Below are positions 8,595 to 19,258 of a stretch of 64,000 bases of DNA, piece by piece (position 1 is the first letter of the stretch; each line of letters starts with the position of its first letter). The position numbers were made by a program, and so were the translations under genes. The DNA is from Actinomycetota bacterium (lineage in GTDB: Bacteria; Actinomycetota; Humimicrobiia; Humimicrobiales; Humimicrobiaceae), in the NCBI GenBank assembly GCA_051744345.1, contig JBNJCW010000003.1, positions 196 through 64,195 of the forward strand, read 5' to 3'. The notes under the pieces are model-generated. The model was not told the DNA's origin. It searched no databases and saw nothing but the letters and a program-made list of their open reading frames with translations.

Positions 8595-10715
8595 CTAGAA
8601 ATGAAACAGCCTTCCAGATAGGTCTATTACCAGTATTGCGGTTTCAATGGAAACCACACCTATTAGCTTTATCAGTATATTCATGGAAGGCCCGGCGGTA
8701 TCCTTTAAGGGGTCTCCAACCGTATCCCCGATTACTGATGCTGCATGTTCAGGTGTGCCGCTTTTGCCTTCCTCTTCAATCTTTTTCTTGGCATTATCCA
8801 TGGCCCCGCCGGCATTGGTCATAAATATCGCCTGGCCGAAGCCTGAAAGCAGTGTACCTATTATAAGGGCTACCACTCCGCCCGGGCCCAGCAGTATTCC
8901 CACTATCACCGGTATGGTAAAAATCAGTATGCCCGGCACAATAATTCCCCTCTGGGCAGCCCTGGTTACAATGGTAATAAACGCTTTGGGGTCTCCCTTG
9001 CCCTTTCCTGCCATTATGTCTTTTATCTGGCTTCTGGCTTCAACCACCACCTTGTTGGCTGCCCTTCCTACTGCTCCCAGAAGAAGGGAGGTAAAAAGGA
9101 AGGGAAGGATTACCCCTACAAAAAGGCCAGCAAGTATCCTGGGGTCTTTCATAAAATCAAGCACCACCACTACATCAAACATCTCTATCTTGGAAAAATA
9201 TGCCTGGCCCAGTACCAGTGCGGTTATGGCCGCACTTCCGATAAGCAGCCCCTTTCCGATGGCCGCGGTGGTATTTCCTACCGCATCAAGCTTGTCGGTG
9301 GTCTTTCTTACCTGGGGTGGCAGTTCAGCCATCTCCGATATGCCTCCCGCATTATCCGCAATAGGCCCGTAAACATCAATGGCTATAACAAACGGGGATG
9401 TGGAGAGCATGGCTACTGCAGCAATAGCCACCCCGTAGAGCCCCATCTGGTAATTCTCGGTCCCTCCGGATATAAAGAAGCTAAAAAGCATTATAACTAT
9501 GATGGTTAGCGCAGGCAGAATGGTACTTTCCATTCCGTAAGCGATTCCGCTTACCACCAGAGTAGCCGGCCCTGATTTGGCGCTTTCTGCTATATTCCTG
9601 GTGGCCCTGTATTTGGCATCGGTATAGATAAGGGTAAAAAGGCCTATAAGGAATCCGGCGGCAAGGCCCCCTATGGAGGTATAGAAAAGGAAATTGTAGC
9701 CGGTGCCCATAATAAAGCGAACCGCAAAGAAAGCAAGTATTACCGTAGCCACCACGGTTATAAGAAGGCCCGAAAGTGTGGTAGAGGTAAGCAGGTTAAC
9801 CGTAGCGCTTTCCTTGTACCTCCCCACTATGGTTTTAATTATAAAGATAGCGATTATGGAGGCAAAAACGCCTGCGGTAGCTAAAATCATGGGCAGCACT
9901 ATGCTCTCCAGAATCAGGGGCGAATTCCTGAAGGCAAGGAAACCCAAAAACATGGAAGCTATAATAGCCCCCACCCAGGACTCGAAAGCATCCGCCTTCA
10001 TTCCTCCCACATCGCCTACATTGTCTCCCACATTATCGGCTATGGTGGCAGGGTTTCGGTAATCATCCTCCTTTAGCCCCGATTCCACCTTGCCCACATA
10101 ATCTGCGCCCATATCTGCAGCCTTGGTGAATATGCCTCCGCCTGTCCTCATGAAAAATGCAGCAAAGCTGGCACCGATTATAAAGGTTATAAGTACGGTC
10201 ACCACTTCATTTAAAACTTCTGCCTGGCCGGCGGCTGATCTGCCGTACCACCAGTAAAGGAGGTTGAACCAGAAGGCGGTATGAAAAAGGGCTACTGTAG
10301 CCAAAAGCAGGCCGGAAGAAGAAGCAGCGGTAAATGCTATATTCATTGCCGCCCCCAGCCCCCTTTCCTTGGCCGCATGGGTTACCCTGGAATTGGCAGC
10401 GGTAGAAATCAACATCCCCATATATCCTATAAGCAGGCTAAATCCCATACCGGTGGCAAAAGCAGGTATGGAGGCAAAGCTTAAGTAACCGAACCATACC
10501 ATCACCCCGAATATAGCAGCTAACACTACAAAGAATATGGATATGACCTTGAGCTGCTGGTTTAAGTATGCCCTACTTCCCTCAGATATGGCATTAGAAA
10601 TTTCTATCATCCTTTTGTCTCCCCTGCTGTGTTTGCTGACCAGGTACGCGAAAATTATGGCCAGCACCAGGGAAACAAAGGCTCCGATGAACGGCAGTAT
10701 CCTAATAAATAACAC
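8595..10715 (-). CDS. hppA: Membrane-bound proton/sodium-translocating pyrophosphatase (V-PPase)
   Basis: 706 aa polytopic protein with the DNVGDNVGD and GDTVGDPLKDT signatures. Confidence 0.9.
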   Translation of the reverse strand: MLFIRILPFIGAFVSLVLAIIFAYLVSKHSRGDKRMIEISNAISEGSRAYLNQQLKVISIFFVVLAAIFGVMVWFGYLSFASIPAFATGMGFSLLIGYMGMLISTAANSRVTHAAKERGLGAAMNIAFTAASSSGLLLATVALFHTAFWFNLLYWWYGRSAAGQAEVLNEVVTVLITFIIGASFAAFFMRTGGGIFTKAADMGADYVGKVESGLKEDDYRNPATIADNVGDNVGDVGGMKADAFESWVGAIIASMFLGFLAFRNSPLILESIVLPMILATAGVFASIIAIFIIKTIVGRYKESATVNLLTSTTLSGLLITVVATVILAFFAVRFIMGTGYNFLFYTSIGGLAAGFLIGLFTLIYTDAKYRATRNIAESAKSGPATLVVSGIAYGMESTILPALTIIVIMLFSFFISGGTENYQMGLYGVAIAAVAMLSTSPFVIAIDVYGPIADNAGGISEMAELPPQVRKTTDKLDAVGNTTAAIGKGLLIGSAAITALVLGQAYFSKIEMFDVVVVLDFMKDPRILAGLFVGVILPFLFTSLLLGAVGRAANKVVVEARSQIKDIMAGKGKGDPKAFITIVTRAAQRGIIVPGILIFTIPVIVGILLGPGGVVALIIGTLLSGFGQAIFMTNAGGAMDNAKKKIEEEGKSGTPEHAASVIGDTVGDPLKDTAGPSMNILIKLIGVVSIETAILVIDLSGRLFHF

Positions 10716-10904
10716 TGATAGCCTCCTAGACAGTTATTAATAATTGAATTCAACAATATATCGCAGCTAATTTTATACAAAACCTCTGTAATTATCAATC
10801 AAATTTTGACTCCTATTGTAGTAATCAGCCCTTTTTTTGGGAGATTTTTTCTTAGAAACCATCAGCGCTAAACAGCCTTTTTGTCCAGGGCTCATTATAA
10901 ATGC

Positions 10905-11978
10905 CTAACTGGTGACCGGACATTCTTCAAGCTCCAGGCTGATGGTAATGTAGCCGCCATCCCGGTAAACCCTTAAATGAATTTCCTGGCCACAATTTTT
11001 CCTAAGCAGCTGGGAAAGTATTTCAAAGGGAGCTTTAATCTCTTTTCCGTCAAATTCTACAATTATATCTCCCTGCCTTAATCCAGCATTGGCCGCCGGA
11101 GAGCCTTCAATCACACCCGTAACCAACACCCCGGATATTCCTGTGTCATTCTGGCCTAATTCTATACCCATATAAGGGATTCTCGCTCTCCCGTACTCAA
11201 TAATCTGCTCAGCTATATTTATTGCCGTATCAATAGGTATGGCAAAACCTATTCCCGCGCTGGCTCCGGAGGGTGAAATTCCCAGGGTGTTAATCCCTAT
11301 AACTTCCCCCCTTATATTTATTAACGGTCCTCCGCTATTCCCAGGATTAATAGCAGCATCAGTCTGAAGAGCATCCACAATGGGTAATTGGTCCGTAGAC
11401 ACCGGAACTATCCTCTCTTTCCCGCTGATAATTCCCAAGGTAGCTGTTTGCTGGATCCCGAAAGGACTGCCTACTGCAATTACAAGGTCTCCTACCTCCT
11501 GGTCTTCTATAGTGCCAAGTTTTGCAGCTTTCAAGCCTTCCAGTTCAATCCTTATAACGCCGACATCTGTGTCCCGGTTGTACCCAACCAACTGGGCCTC
11601 TGTTGCTGTACCGTCATTTAATGTAACCACCAATTCCTCCGCTTCAGATACCACATGGCTGTTGGTTAAGATATATCCTTGCTCATTTATTATCAATCCT
11701 GACCCTATGCCCTGCTGGAGCTCTTCCTGGCCTAATATGTTTTCTGTAACTACGCCCACCTGTATGCTAACCACAGAGGGCATGATTTCCTCTACCAAGC
11801 TACTTATTTTTGAATTGAATTCCTCCAGTATAAATTGGTTCGGCTCAGGATTTTCTGGACCAATTTCTGCATCATCGGATTGCTGGCCTTCTGGCAAAAA
11901 TTGAGGTGTGCAGGAAACAGTTAAAATCACCAGAATGGAAGCTGTTATTAAAAATATGTTCCTGGGTCCTTTTGTCAT
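10905..11978 (-). CDS. HtrA/DegP-family trypsin-like serine protease with a C-terminal PDZ domain
   Basis: 357 aa. It has an N-terminal signal/TM segment, a GNSGGPL catalytic serine motif and a PDZ-like C-terminus. Confidence 0.8.
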   Translation of the reverse strand: MTKGPRNIFLITASILVILTVSCTPQFLPEGQQSDDAEIGPENPEPNQFILEEFNSKISSLVEEIMPSVVSIQVGVVTENILGQEELQQGIGSGLIINEQGYILTNSHVVSEAEELVVTLNDGTATEAQLVGYNRDTDVGVIRIELEGLKAAKLGTIEDQEVGDLVIAVGSPFGIQQTATLGIISGKERIVPVSTDQLPIVDALQTDAAINPGNSGGPLINIRGEVIGINTLGISPSGASAGIGFAIPIDTAINIAEQIIEYGRARIPYMGIELGQNDTGISGVLVTGVIEGSPAANAGLRQGDIIVEFDGKEIKAPFEILSQLLRKNCGQEIHLRVYRDGGYITISLELEECPVTS

Positions 11979-12606
11979 TATGGCTGTTATAAAAATAATT
12001 TTAATATGCCCGTTTCATCTTACAGGCAAAAGCCTGCATGTGGAAAATATACCTTAATATATGGCCTACTCCAGTATTGCTCCCCTGGAAGCAGAAGATG
12101 CGTGCCGATTGTAAAATCAAAAGAAAATCCTTCTCTTTCCTTTTTTACTTAATAATAGGACATATTTAAAATAAAGAAAATTAAATTTTAGATACTGGCT
12201 TATTGGAAATATCGGGTTAAAAGATATGCAGTAGATCAGACCATAATCCTCCTACTATCTACTATTGGAAAAAGGTTAATATCTGGCAAATAATATGCCG
12301 GCTATGCAGAATAAGAGCCTAAAAAGCCCAGGCAGCAACTAAAGCCTCCTCCCATGTTTTGCTTCCAGAAGAATTTATGCTTACAAAACCCGCATTCTCC
12401 ACAATGTCGGGAGGGATCTTTACAATTTTTTCTTTCGTGCGTCTCTCTACATATTTTATAGACCGTTTACTTATTTCTGCAAGCACCACTTCAGCGGGGC
12501 TTCTTAACTTAGAAGATAGGGGTAAAGTATCTGCGCCCATGAATTGTTTCTGACCATGCAGCCGGATAGTAAAGAAAACCTATCCAGAAGCTATCCGGGA
12601 AATTAA

Positions 12607-14202
12607 CTAAAGGCTCTCTTTTTCTGAATTCTGTACATGCATTAGCCCGTAGACTATGCTGTCTTCCAGGGCCTGCCAGCTGGCTTCTATGATATTCCGG
12701 CTTACTCCTATGGTACCCCAGCTTTTTTCACCATCTGTGGATTCAATAAGCACCCTGACCACCGCAGCGGTTCCCTTCTTCTCATTTAATACCCTCACCT
12801 TGAAATCAAAAAGCTGGATTTTTTCAATTTCAGGATAGCAGTTAACTATAGCCTTCCTTAAAGCCTTATCCAGGGCGTTTACCGGGCCATTTCCTTCCGC
12901 AGTCTCGATAATTCGGCTCCCCCCTATATAAACCTTTACCGTGGCCTCCGAAAGCATCTTGCCGTCAGCCGTTTTCTCATTTAGCACCCTGAAGCTCTCC
13001 AGATTGAAAAATTTCTTCTTTGCCCCCACAACATCCCTTACCATAAGCTCAAAACTACCATCAGCTGCTTCAAACTGATAGCCCTCATGCTCCATATTCT
13101 GTATCCTGTTTAGAAGCTCTGATACCTTCTCCAGATCATTTTCCAGGTTTATGCCAAATTCTTTTGCTTTAAGGATGATAGACTTTTTGCCGGAAAGTTC
13201 CGATATAAGTATCTGGCGCGTATTTCCTACCAGTTCTGGCTCAACATGCTCAAAGGCCATGGATAATTTGCTCACTCCGCTGGCATGCATCCCTCCCTTA
13301 TGCGCAAAAGCGCTTTGCCCAACAAAAGGCTGGTGGTCGTCAGCTATCTGGTTAGCCACCTCGCTTACGAACCTTGCCAGGTTGGTGATATGCTTAAGGT
13401 TTCCTTCTTTTAAGCACTGCTTGCCCAGCTTTATTTCCAGGTTTGGAATTATCTGGCAAAGGTCGGCATTGCCGCACCTCTCACCATAACCGTTTATGGT
13501 GCCCTGCACCATTTTTACCCTGTCAACCTTCCCTACCGAATATACGGTATTGGCTACCGCGCACCCGCTGTCATTATGGAAATGCACACCCAGAGGAGTT
13601 TCTATCTTTCCTGACACTGTTTCCACAACCTCCAGCGCATCTCCAGGCAGGAAACCGCCATTGGTATCACATAATACAATAAAATCTGCACCCGCCTCTT
13701 CAGCTGCTTTCAGGGTTTTTACGGCATACTCGGGGTTTATCCTGTAACCGTCAAAGAAATGTTCCCCGTCAAATATTATCTCCGTAAAATACTTCTTTAA
13801 GTGCTGGATTGATTCATAAATCATATCCAGGTTATTCTCCAGGCTGGTCTCTATTACTTTTTCAACATGAAGTGAAGACGACTTACCGAATATGCATACG
13901 CTGTCAGCCTCTGATTCTACCAGAAGTTTAAGGTTTTCATCCTTTCCTACCACCGAATTCTTGTAACGGGTCCTCCCAAATGCAACTATCTTGGAATAGT
14001 CGTAATTCCTTTTTTTCAGGTGGCTGAACAATTCTTCATCCTTGGGATTGGAGGCCGGAAAGCCAACCTCTATATAATCGATGCCTATATAATTAAGCTT
14101 ATCTATAATTAAAAGCTTATCCCTTACGGACAATGATATGTCAGCACTCTGGCTTCCATCCCTTAAGGTTGTATCAAATACATATATCTTGTTTTCTTTC
14201 AT
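12607..14202 (-). CDS. cimA: (R)-citramalate synthase or long-form 2-isopropylmalate synthase (CimA-type)
   Basis: 531 aa. VFDTTLRDGSQS is the HMGL-like motif (DGSQ rather than DGEQ, which is CimA-like). It carries a C-terminal LeuA-dimer regulatory domain. Confidence 0.7.
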   Translation of the reverse strand: MKENKIYVFDTTLRDGSQSADISLSVRDKLLIIDKLNYIGIDYIEVGFPASNPKDEELFSHLKKRNYDYSKIVAFGRTRYKNSVVGKDENLKLLVESEADSVCIFGKSSSLHVEKVIETSLENNLDMIYESIQHLKKYFTEIIFDGEHFFDGYRINPEYAVKTLKAAEEAGADFIVLCDTNGGFLPGDALEVVETVSGKIETPLGVHFHNDSGCAVANTVYSVGKVDRVKMVQGTINGYGERCGNADLCQIIPNLEIKLGKQCLKEGNLKHITNLARFVSEVANQIADDHQPFVGQSAFAHKGGMHASGVSKLSMAFEHVEPELVGNTRQILISELSGKKSIILKAKEFGINLENDLEKVSELLNRIQNMEHEGYQFEAADGSFELMVRDVVGAKKKFFNLESFRVLNEKTADGKMLSEATVKVYIGGSRIIETAEGNGPVNALDKALRKAIVNCYPEIEKIQLFDFKVRVLNEKKGTAAVVRVLIESTDGEKSWGTIGVSRNIIEASWQALEDSIVYGLMHVQNSEKESL

Positions 14203-14347
14203 AAATTTTCTCCCATAAACAGTTGTCCTTTAATTATGCCCTGCTCTGTCAGGACTCAAAAACCACCCTACCCAAAAGCAAATCCATACACCGGCCTAAT
14301 AAAACACGGTCCCCGTGCATGGCCTGGCGCCTTACCCCTGAAGTAAT

Positions 14348-14842
14348 TTAGCCTGCCGTCTGCCTTTTTATAAAATTAATATAGCCTCCGCTTTCAATTA
14401 CTCCCTGTATAAAATCAGGCAGGGGATTAACCTTATAGACCCTGTTCTGGGTTAAATTTTTAATGGTTCCCTCACCTAGATCTACCTCCAACTCATCTCC
14501 TTCTATTATCTGCTGGGCGGCCTCCCTGCTCTGGAACACAGGCAGCCCGATATTGATGGCATTCCTAAAAAATATCCGGGCAAAAGAAGAAGCTATAATC
14601 AGCTTTACTCCGCTGGCTTTTATTGCAAGAGGGGCGTGCTCCCTGGATGAGCCGCAGCCAAAATTGGCTCCAGCCACCACAATTTTCCCCTGTTCAAGTT
14701 TCTTTTTGAAATCCTTATCCAGGTCTTCAAAACAGTGTGAGGCAAGTTCAACTTCATCACTGCTGTTAAGGTACCTGGCAGGAATTATCACATCGGTATC
14801 CACATTATGGCCATACTTTATGGCCCTGTCTTTTATTATCAT
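14348..14842 (-). CDS. leuD: 3-isopropylmalate dehydratase small subunit
   Basis: The ORF track gives a 233 aa ORF, but the conserved start is [25 protein letters not shown] at 14842. This ATG overlaps the leuC TGA (TGATG), leaving a 165 aa product. Confidence 0.8.
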   Translation of the reverse strand: MIIKDRAIKYGHNVDTDVIIPARYLNSSDEVELASHCFEDLDKDFKKKLEQGKIVVAGANFGCGSSREHAPLAIKASGVKLIIASSFARIFFRNAINIGLPVFQSREAAQQIIEGDELEVDLGEGTIKNLTQNRVYKVNPLPDFIQGVIESGGYINFIKRQTAG

Positions 14843-16116
14843 CAAGCCACCTCCTCGGGGGTTGAAATACATCCGGTTACGGCAGAAGCAGCAGCCACCG
14901 CAGGCCCGCACAAATATACCTCGCTTTTTGGGTGGCCCATCCTGCCTACAAAATTCCTGTTGGTAGTAGATAAAGCTTTTTCCCCTTCCGCCAGTATCCC
15001 CATATGTCCGCCCAGGCAGGGACCGCAGGTAGGGGTGCTTACCACGCAACCTGCTTCCACAAATATCCTCAGGTAACCCTTCTGCATGGCTTCCAGGTAG
15101 ATATTCTGGGTTGCAGGTATAACTATAACTCTCAGCCCATCCTTAACCTTTTTGCCTTCCATTATCTCTGCAGCAACTTTTAAGTCCTCCATCCTCCCAT
15201 TGGTACAGGAGCCAATAACCACCTGGTCAATACAGGTGCCTTCAAGCTGGCATGCAGGCTTTGCGTTTGAAGGCAGGTGTGGTGTGGACACCTGCAGCTC
15301 AACCTGGCTGCAGTCTATCTCGTAAACCTTCTCATACGCAGCGTCAGGGTCGCTTCTGTATACGGTATACGGCCTGCGGGCCCTCTGTTTAAGGTATGCC
15401 TCGGTTACCTTATCTGCTTCCATTATCCCAAACTTGCCGCCCGCCTCGATTGCCATATTGGACATGGTAAACCTGGAATCCATGGAAAGTTTGCTAATTA
15501 CGGGGCCGGCAAATTCCATAGACCTGTAAAGGGCTCCGTCCACCCCTATCATTCCTATGGTGTAGAGTATGAGGTCTTTACCGGTTACCCAGGGCTTAAG
15601 CTTATTCTTATATATAAATTTTATGGTAGAGGGGATTCTGAACCAGAGCTTGCCGGTAGCCATGGCTACCGCTGCATCCGTACTCCCTACACCGGTAGAA
15701 GCTGCTCCCAGCGCCCCGTAAGTACAGGTATGCGAATCTGCCCCTACAATCAGGTCGCCAGCAACCACCAGCCCCTGCTCGGGCAGAAGGGCATGCTCGA
15801 TGCCCACCTTTCCTACCTCGAAATAGTTTGAAATGTTAAAACCCGAGGCAAATTCCCTTACCATCTTGCACTGCTGGGCTGACTTAATATCCTTATTGGG
15901 AGTAAAATGGTCAGGAACTATAACCACTTTTTCGGGATCGAAGACCCTGTCTACCCCTATTTTCTTAAATTCCTTTATGGCCAGGGGCATAGTTATATCG
16001 TTTCCCAGCACAATATCAAGGTCCGCATTTACTATCTCTCCCTCCTTCACATAATCCTTCCCGCAGTGTGCGGCCAGAATTTTCTGGGCAATAGTCTGGG
16101 GATTGTTTTGGCGCAA
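14842..16116 (-). CDS. leuC: 3-isopropylmalate dehydratase large subunit (short, archaeal/HACN-type, about 420 aa)
   Basis: 424 aa aconitase-family protein with Cys ligands in ...GSCTNGR... and ...CGPCLG.... Confidence 0.85.
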   Translation of the reverse strand: MRQNNPQTIAQKILAAHCGKDYVKEGEIVNADLDIVLGNDITMPLAIKEFKKIGVDRVFDPEKVVIVPDHFTPNKDIKSAQQCKMVREFASGFNISNYFEVGKVGIEHALLPEQGLVVAGDLIVGADSHTCTYGALGAASTGVGSTDAAVAMATGKLWFRIPSTIKFIYKNKLKPWVTGKDLILYTIGMIGVDGALYRSMEFAGPVISKLSMDSRFTMSNMAIEAGGKFGIMEADKVTEAYLKQRARRPYTVYRSDPDAAYEKVYEIDCSQVELQVSTPHLPSNAKPACQLEGTCIDQVVIGSCTNGRMEDLKVAAEIMEGKKVKDGLRVIVIPATQNIYLEAMQKGYLRIFVEAGCVVSTPTCGPCLGGHMGILAEGEKALSTTNRNFVGRMGHPKSEVYLCGPAVAAASAVTGCISTPEEVA

Positions 16117-16132
16117 TTTGATCTCCTTTTAT

Positions 16133-17641
16133 CTATAAAGTTTCCATTATCCTGTTCATGGCATCCACATAAGCCTTTATGCTGGCTTCTATGATATCGG
16201 TACTGATTCCGCTTCCCATCACTTCGGTACCGTTAGAGCTTACCACAATCCTTACCGAACCTATGGCATCCTTACCTTCAGATACAGCCTCAATATTGTA
16301 ATCCACCAGCTGGGTTCCCAGGCCGGTTATTGAATCAATAGCCTTAAAGGAAGCATCCACCGGGCCGTCGCCGCATGCAGCCGCCTGGCACATCTTGCCT
16401 TCTATCTCCATGCCTATGGTTGCAGTAGCCTTGACATTGGTCCCGCTTACAACCTGGTAGAAATCAAGCTTGAAGTGCTGTGCAACCTCCCTTATCTCAT
16501 CTTCAACAATAGCTTTAAGGTCTTTATCGTTTATCTGGCCTTTCTTCTCTGCCAGAGCCTTGAAACGGTTAAATGCTTTTTCCAGATCTTCGCCCTCCAG
16601 CTTAAGGCCCAGCTCTTGAAGCCTTTTAACGAATGCATGCCGTCCGGAGTGCTTGCCCAGAACGAGCCTTGAAGACTTGACCCCGATATCTTCAGGTTTA
16701 ATTATTTCATAGGTTGACCTTTCCTTAAGCATGCCATCCTGATGTATGCCTGCCTCATGGATAAAGGCATTTTTTCCCACAATAGCTTTATTTGGTGCCA
16801 CCAGGTAGCCTGTAAGGTAGCGGACAAGGCTGCTGGTGCGCATTATCTCTCCCCTATTGATATCTGTATACACATCCAGGTTCTTTTTCCTGGTATCTAT
16901 AATCATTACTACCTCTTCCAGGGATGCGTTTCCTGCCCTCTCACCTATCCCGTTAACCGCACATTCAACCTGGCTGGCTCCCTTCTCCACAGCCATTATG
17001 GAATTGGCCACTGCCAATCCAAGGTCATCATGGCAGTGCACACTTATGATTACATCATCTATGCCCTCCACATTTTCGGTTAAATGCTGTATCAGCCTGG
17101 AAAACTCCCCCGGTATAGCATAACCCACTGTATCAGGTACATTTATTATCTTTGCCCCGCTTTTAATGGCAGTTTCAAAAAGCCTGCACAGGAAATCCCG
17201 GTCACTCCTGGTGGCATCCATAGCCGAAAATTCAACCAGATCCGTAAAGTTTCGGGCTCTTTTCACCGCCCGTCCGGCCATTTCCAGCGCCTGTTCCCTG
17301 GTCTTTTTAAACTGGTACTTAAGGTGTATATCCGAAGAGGATATAAAGGTATGTATAACCGGCTGGAAAGCGCCTTTAAGCGCCTGCCCGGCTGCATCTA
17401 TATCCTTGTCTACAGCCCTGGCGAGGGCAGCCACTCCTCTTCCCTTTATGCCTTTGGATATCTCTTTTACCGCTTCGAAATCACTGGCTGAAGAGATGGG
17501 AAAACCGGCTTCAATTATATCAACATTGAGCTTTTCCAGCTGGTGGGCAATCTCCAGCTTCTCCTTTACGTTTAAATGAATCCCCGGAGCCTGTTCTCCG
17601 TCCCTTAAAGTTGTATCAAATATATATATTTTCCTGGGCAT
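16133..17641 (-). CDS. leuA: 2-isopropylmalate synthase
   Basis: 502 aa with IFDTTLRDGEQAPG and HxH metal-binding motifs plus a C-terminal regulatory domain. Confidence 0.85.
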   Translation of the reverse strand: MPRKIYIFDTTLRDGEQAPGIHLNVKEKLEIAHQLEKLNVDIIEAGFPISSASDFEAVKEISKGIKGRGVAALARAVDKDIDAAGQALKGAFQPVIHTFISSSDIHLKYQFKKTREQALEMAGRAVKRARNFTDLVEFSAMDATRSDRDFLCRLFETAIKSGAKIINVPDTVGYAIPGEFSRLIQHLTENVEGIDDVIISVHCHDDLGLAVANSIMAVEKGASQVECAVNGIGERAGNASLEEVVMIIDTRKKNLDVYTDINRGEIMRTSSLVRYLTGYLVAPNKAIVGKNAFIHEAGIHQDGMLKERSTYEIIKPEDIGVKSSRLVLGKHSGRHAFVKRLQELGLKLEGEDLEKAFNRFKALAEKKGQINDKDLKAIVEDEIREVAQHFKLDFYQVVSGTNVKATATIGMEIEGKMCQAAACGDGPVDASFKAIDSITGLGTQLVDYNIEAVSEGKDAIGSVRIVVSSNGTEVMGSGISTDIIEASIKAYVDAMNRIMETL

Positions 17642-17658
17642 AATAAACCTGCCTGATA

Positions 17659-19245
17659 TTAATCCAAATTAACAATTTTTATATCCTTGAAACCCGACAG
17701 TTCCCTAAATTTTTCCAGCATCTCGGGGGTTACTTCTGCATCCAGATTAAGTCCCATCACCGCATCACCGCTTTTTTTCTTCCTTCCTACATGCATGGCG
17801 GCAATATTTACATTAAGCTGGCCAAAAGCCGTACCGATTTTGCCTATCTGGCCCGGTACATCCTTATACCTTAAAAAAGCCATATGCTTTGAAGGAACCA
17901 TATCCAGCTCAAATTCATCTATGCCAATAAACCTGGGCTGGTTTTTTTTGCCGGTAATGGTGCCCGATATGGAAAGGCTTTCTTCCTTCCCCTCGCCCTG
18001 TACGGTAATCAGGTTTAAAAAATCACTCGACTCGCTCCTTTTAACCTCTTCCACCTTCAGGCCGTTTTCCTGGGCTATCAAGCCCACATTTACCATGTTT
18101 GCCTCTCTGGAATATTTCCTTAGGATGTTTACCATTACCCTTGATTTTAATACCCTGGTATCATATTCAGAGACCTTCCCGCTGAATATTAATTTTATGG
18201 TCTCAAGATTTCCTTCAAAAAGCCCGGCAAAGAGTGTCCCCATATTATCGCAGAGCTCAAAATAGGGGGATATGGCTTCCATAATCTCCGGCCTAACCGA
18301 AGGAGCATTAACCGGAAAAGCCGGCGCGCGACCCTGGAGCATATCAATGACCTGCTCGGCAATAATGGTTCCTGCCCTGTTCTGGGCTTCAGCGGTGGAA
18401 GCACCCAGATGGGGGGTACACACCACCGAATCCAGTTCAAAGAGAGGAGAGCTTGTACAGGGTTCTTTCTCGTACACATCGATAGCTGCCCCTCCTATAT
18501 GGCCCTCTTTTATGGAATCAGCCAAATCCTTTTCCACTACAATGCCTCCTCTGGCCACATTGAGAAGTTTGGTACCCTTTTTCATCTTTTTCAATTCCTT
18601 GCTGTTAAACATGCCCACAGTATCCTTATTTTTAGGAAGGTGTATGGATATAAAATCAGATGAACTGTATATATCTTTTAGTTTATCCGCCTTCCGTATC
18701 CCCAGCTGCTTGAACCTTTCAGTGGATACAAAAGGGTCATAGGCTATTACATTCATTCCCAATCCCATAGCTTTCTTGGCAACCAGGCCTCCAATCTGGC
18801 CGAAACCAACGATGCCTAAGGTTTTGCCTTCTATCTCTATTCCCTTGAACTTGGATTTTTCCCACTTGCCTCCTTTAAGGGAACTGTCTGCAGAAGGAAT
18901 CTTTCGTACCAGAGCCAGCAGCAGCCCGATGGTGTGTTCGGCCACAGTTACCGCATTGCTGGCAGGAGCATTAACCACCACAATGCCTTTTTTGGTAGCA
19001 GCATCAAGGTCAACATTGTCCACCCCAATGCCCGCCCTTCCTATTATCTCCATATTGTCTGCATTACTGATTATATCTGCGGTCAGTTTGGTTGCGCTCC
19101 TTATGATAATAGCATTATAGCCGCCTATAACTTTCTTCAGCTCTTCTGCATCTATGCCCTTTAGCTCATCAACCGTAAAATGTTTTTCCAGTTTCTGCCT
19201 TGCTTCTGGGGAAATACCGTCAGTTATTAATATTTTTTTATTCAT
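17659..19245 (-). CDS. serA: D-3-phosphoglycerate dehydrogenase with a C-terminal ACT domain
   Basis: 528 aa. GIVGFGQIGG is the NAD-binding Rossmann motif, and the layout is the 2-hydroxyacid dehydrogenase type. Confidence 0.85.
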   Translation of the reverse strand: MNKKILITDGISPEARQKLEKHFTVDELKGIDAEELKKVIGGYNAIIIRSATKLTADIISNADNMEIIGRAGIGVDNVDLDAATKKGIVVVNAPASNAVTVAEHTIGLLLALVRKIPSADSSLKGGKWEKSKFKGIEIEGKTLGIVGFGQIGGLVAKKAMGLGMNVIAYDPFVSTERFKQLGIRKADKLKDIYSSSDFISIHLPKNKDTVGMFNSKELKKMKKGTKLLNVARGGIVVEKDLADSIKEGHIGGAAIDVYEKEPCTSSPLFELDSVVCTPHLGASTAEAQNRAGTIIAEQVIDMLQGRAPAFPVNAPSVRPEIMEAISPYFELCDNMGTLFAGLFEGNLETIKLIFSGKVSEYDTRVLKSRVMVNILRKYSREANMVNVGLIAQENGLKVEEVKRSESSDFLNLITVQGEGKEESLSISGTITGKKNQPRFIGIDEFELDMVPSKHMAFLRYKDVPGQIGKIGTAFGQLNVNIAAMHVGRKKKSGDAVMGLNLDAEVTPEMLEKFRELSGFKDIKIVNLD

Positions 19246-19258
19246 AGCCCATCACTTT

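Noticed and set aside
8647-9372. 241 aa plus-strand ORF, and many similar long ORFs antisense to hppA, leuA, serA, ilvB, ilvD, the protease and the helicases (for example 13151-13747, 17084-17579, 21632-22113, 23540-23955, 24870-25466).
   Set aside because: They lie antisense to genes with strong, motif-level identity. They are low-complexity (Ser/Pro/Ala-rich), lack ribosome-binding sites, and are the usual shadow ORFs of GC-biased coding DNA.
12319-12540. 73 aa minus-strand ORF downstream of cimA (MGADTLPLSSKLRSPAEVV...).
   Set aside because: No ribosome-binding site, no recognisable domain, and it overlaps a plus-strand ORF of similar size. There is insufficient support to call it a gene.
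14843-15049. N-terminal 69-codon extension of the leuD ORF ([10 protein letters not shown]...).
   Set aside because: The extension overlaps leuC entirely. The conserved LeuD N-terminus begins at [13 protein letters not shown] with a TGATG stop-start overlap, so the start was set at 14842.
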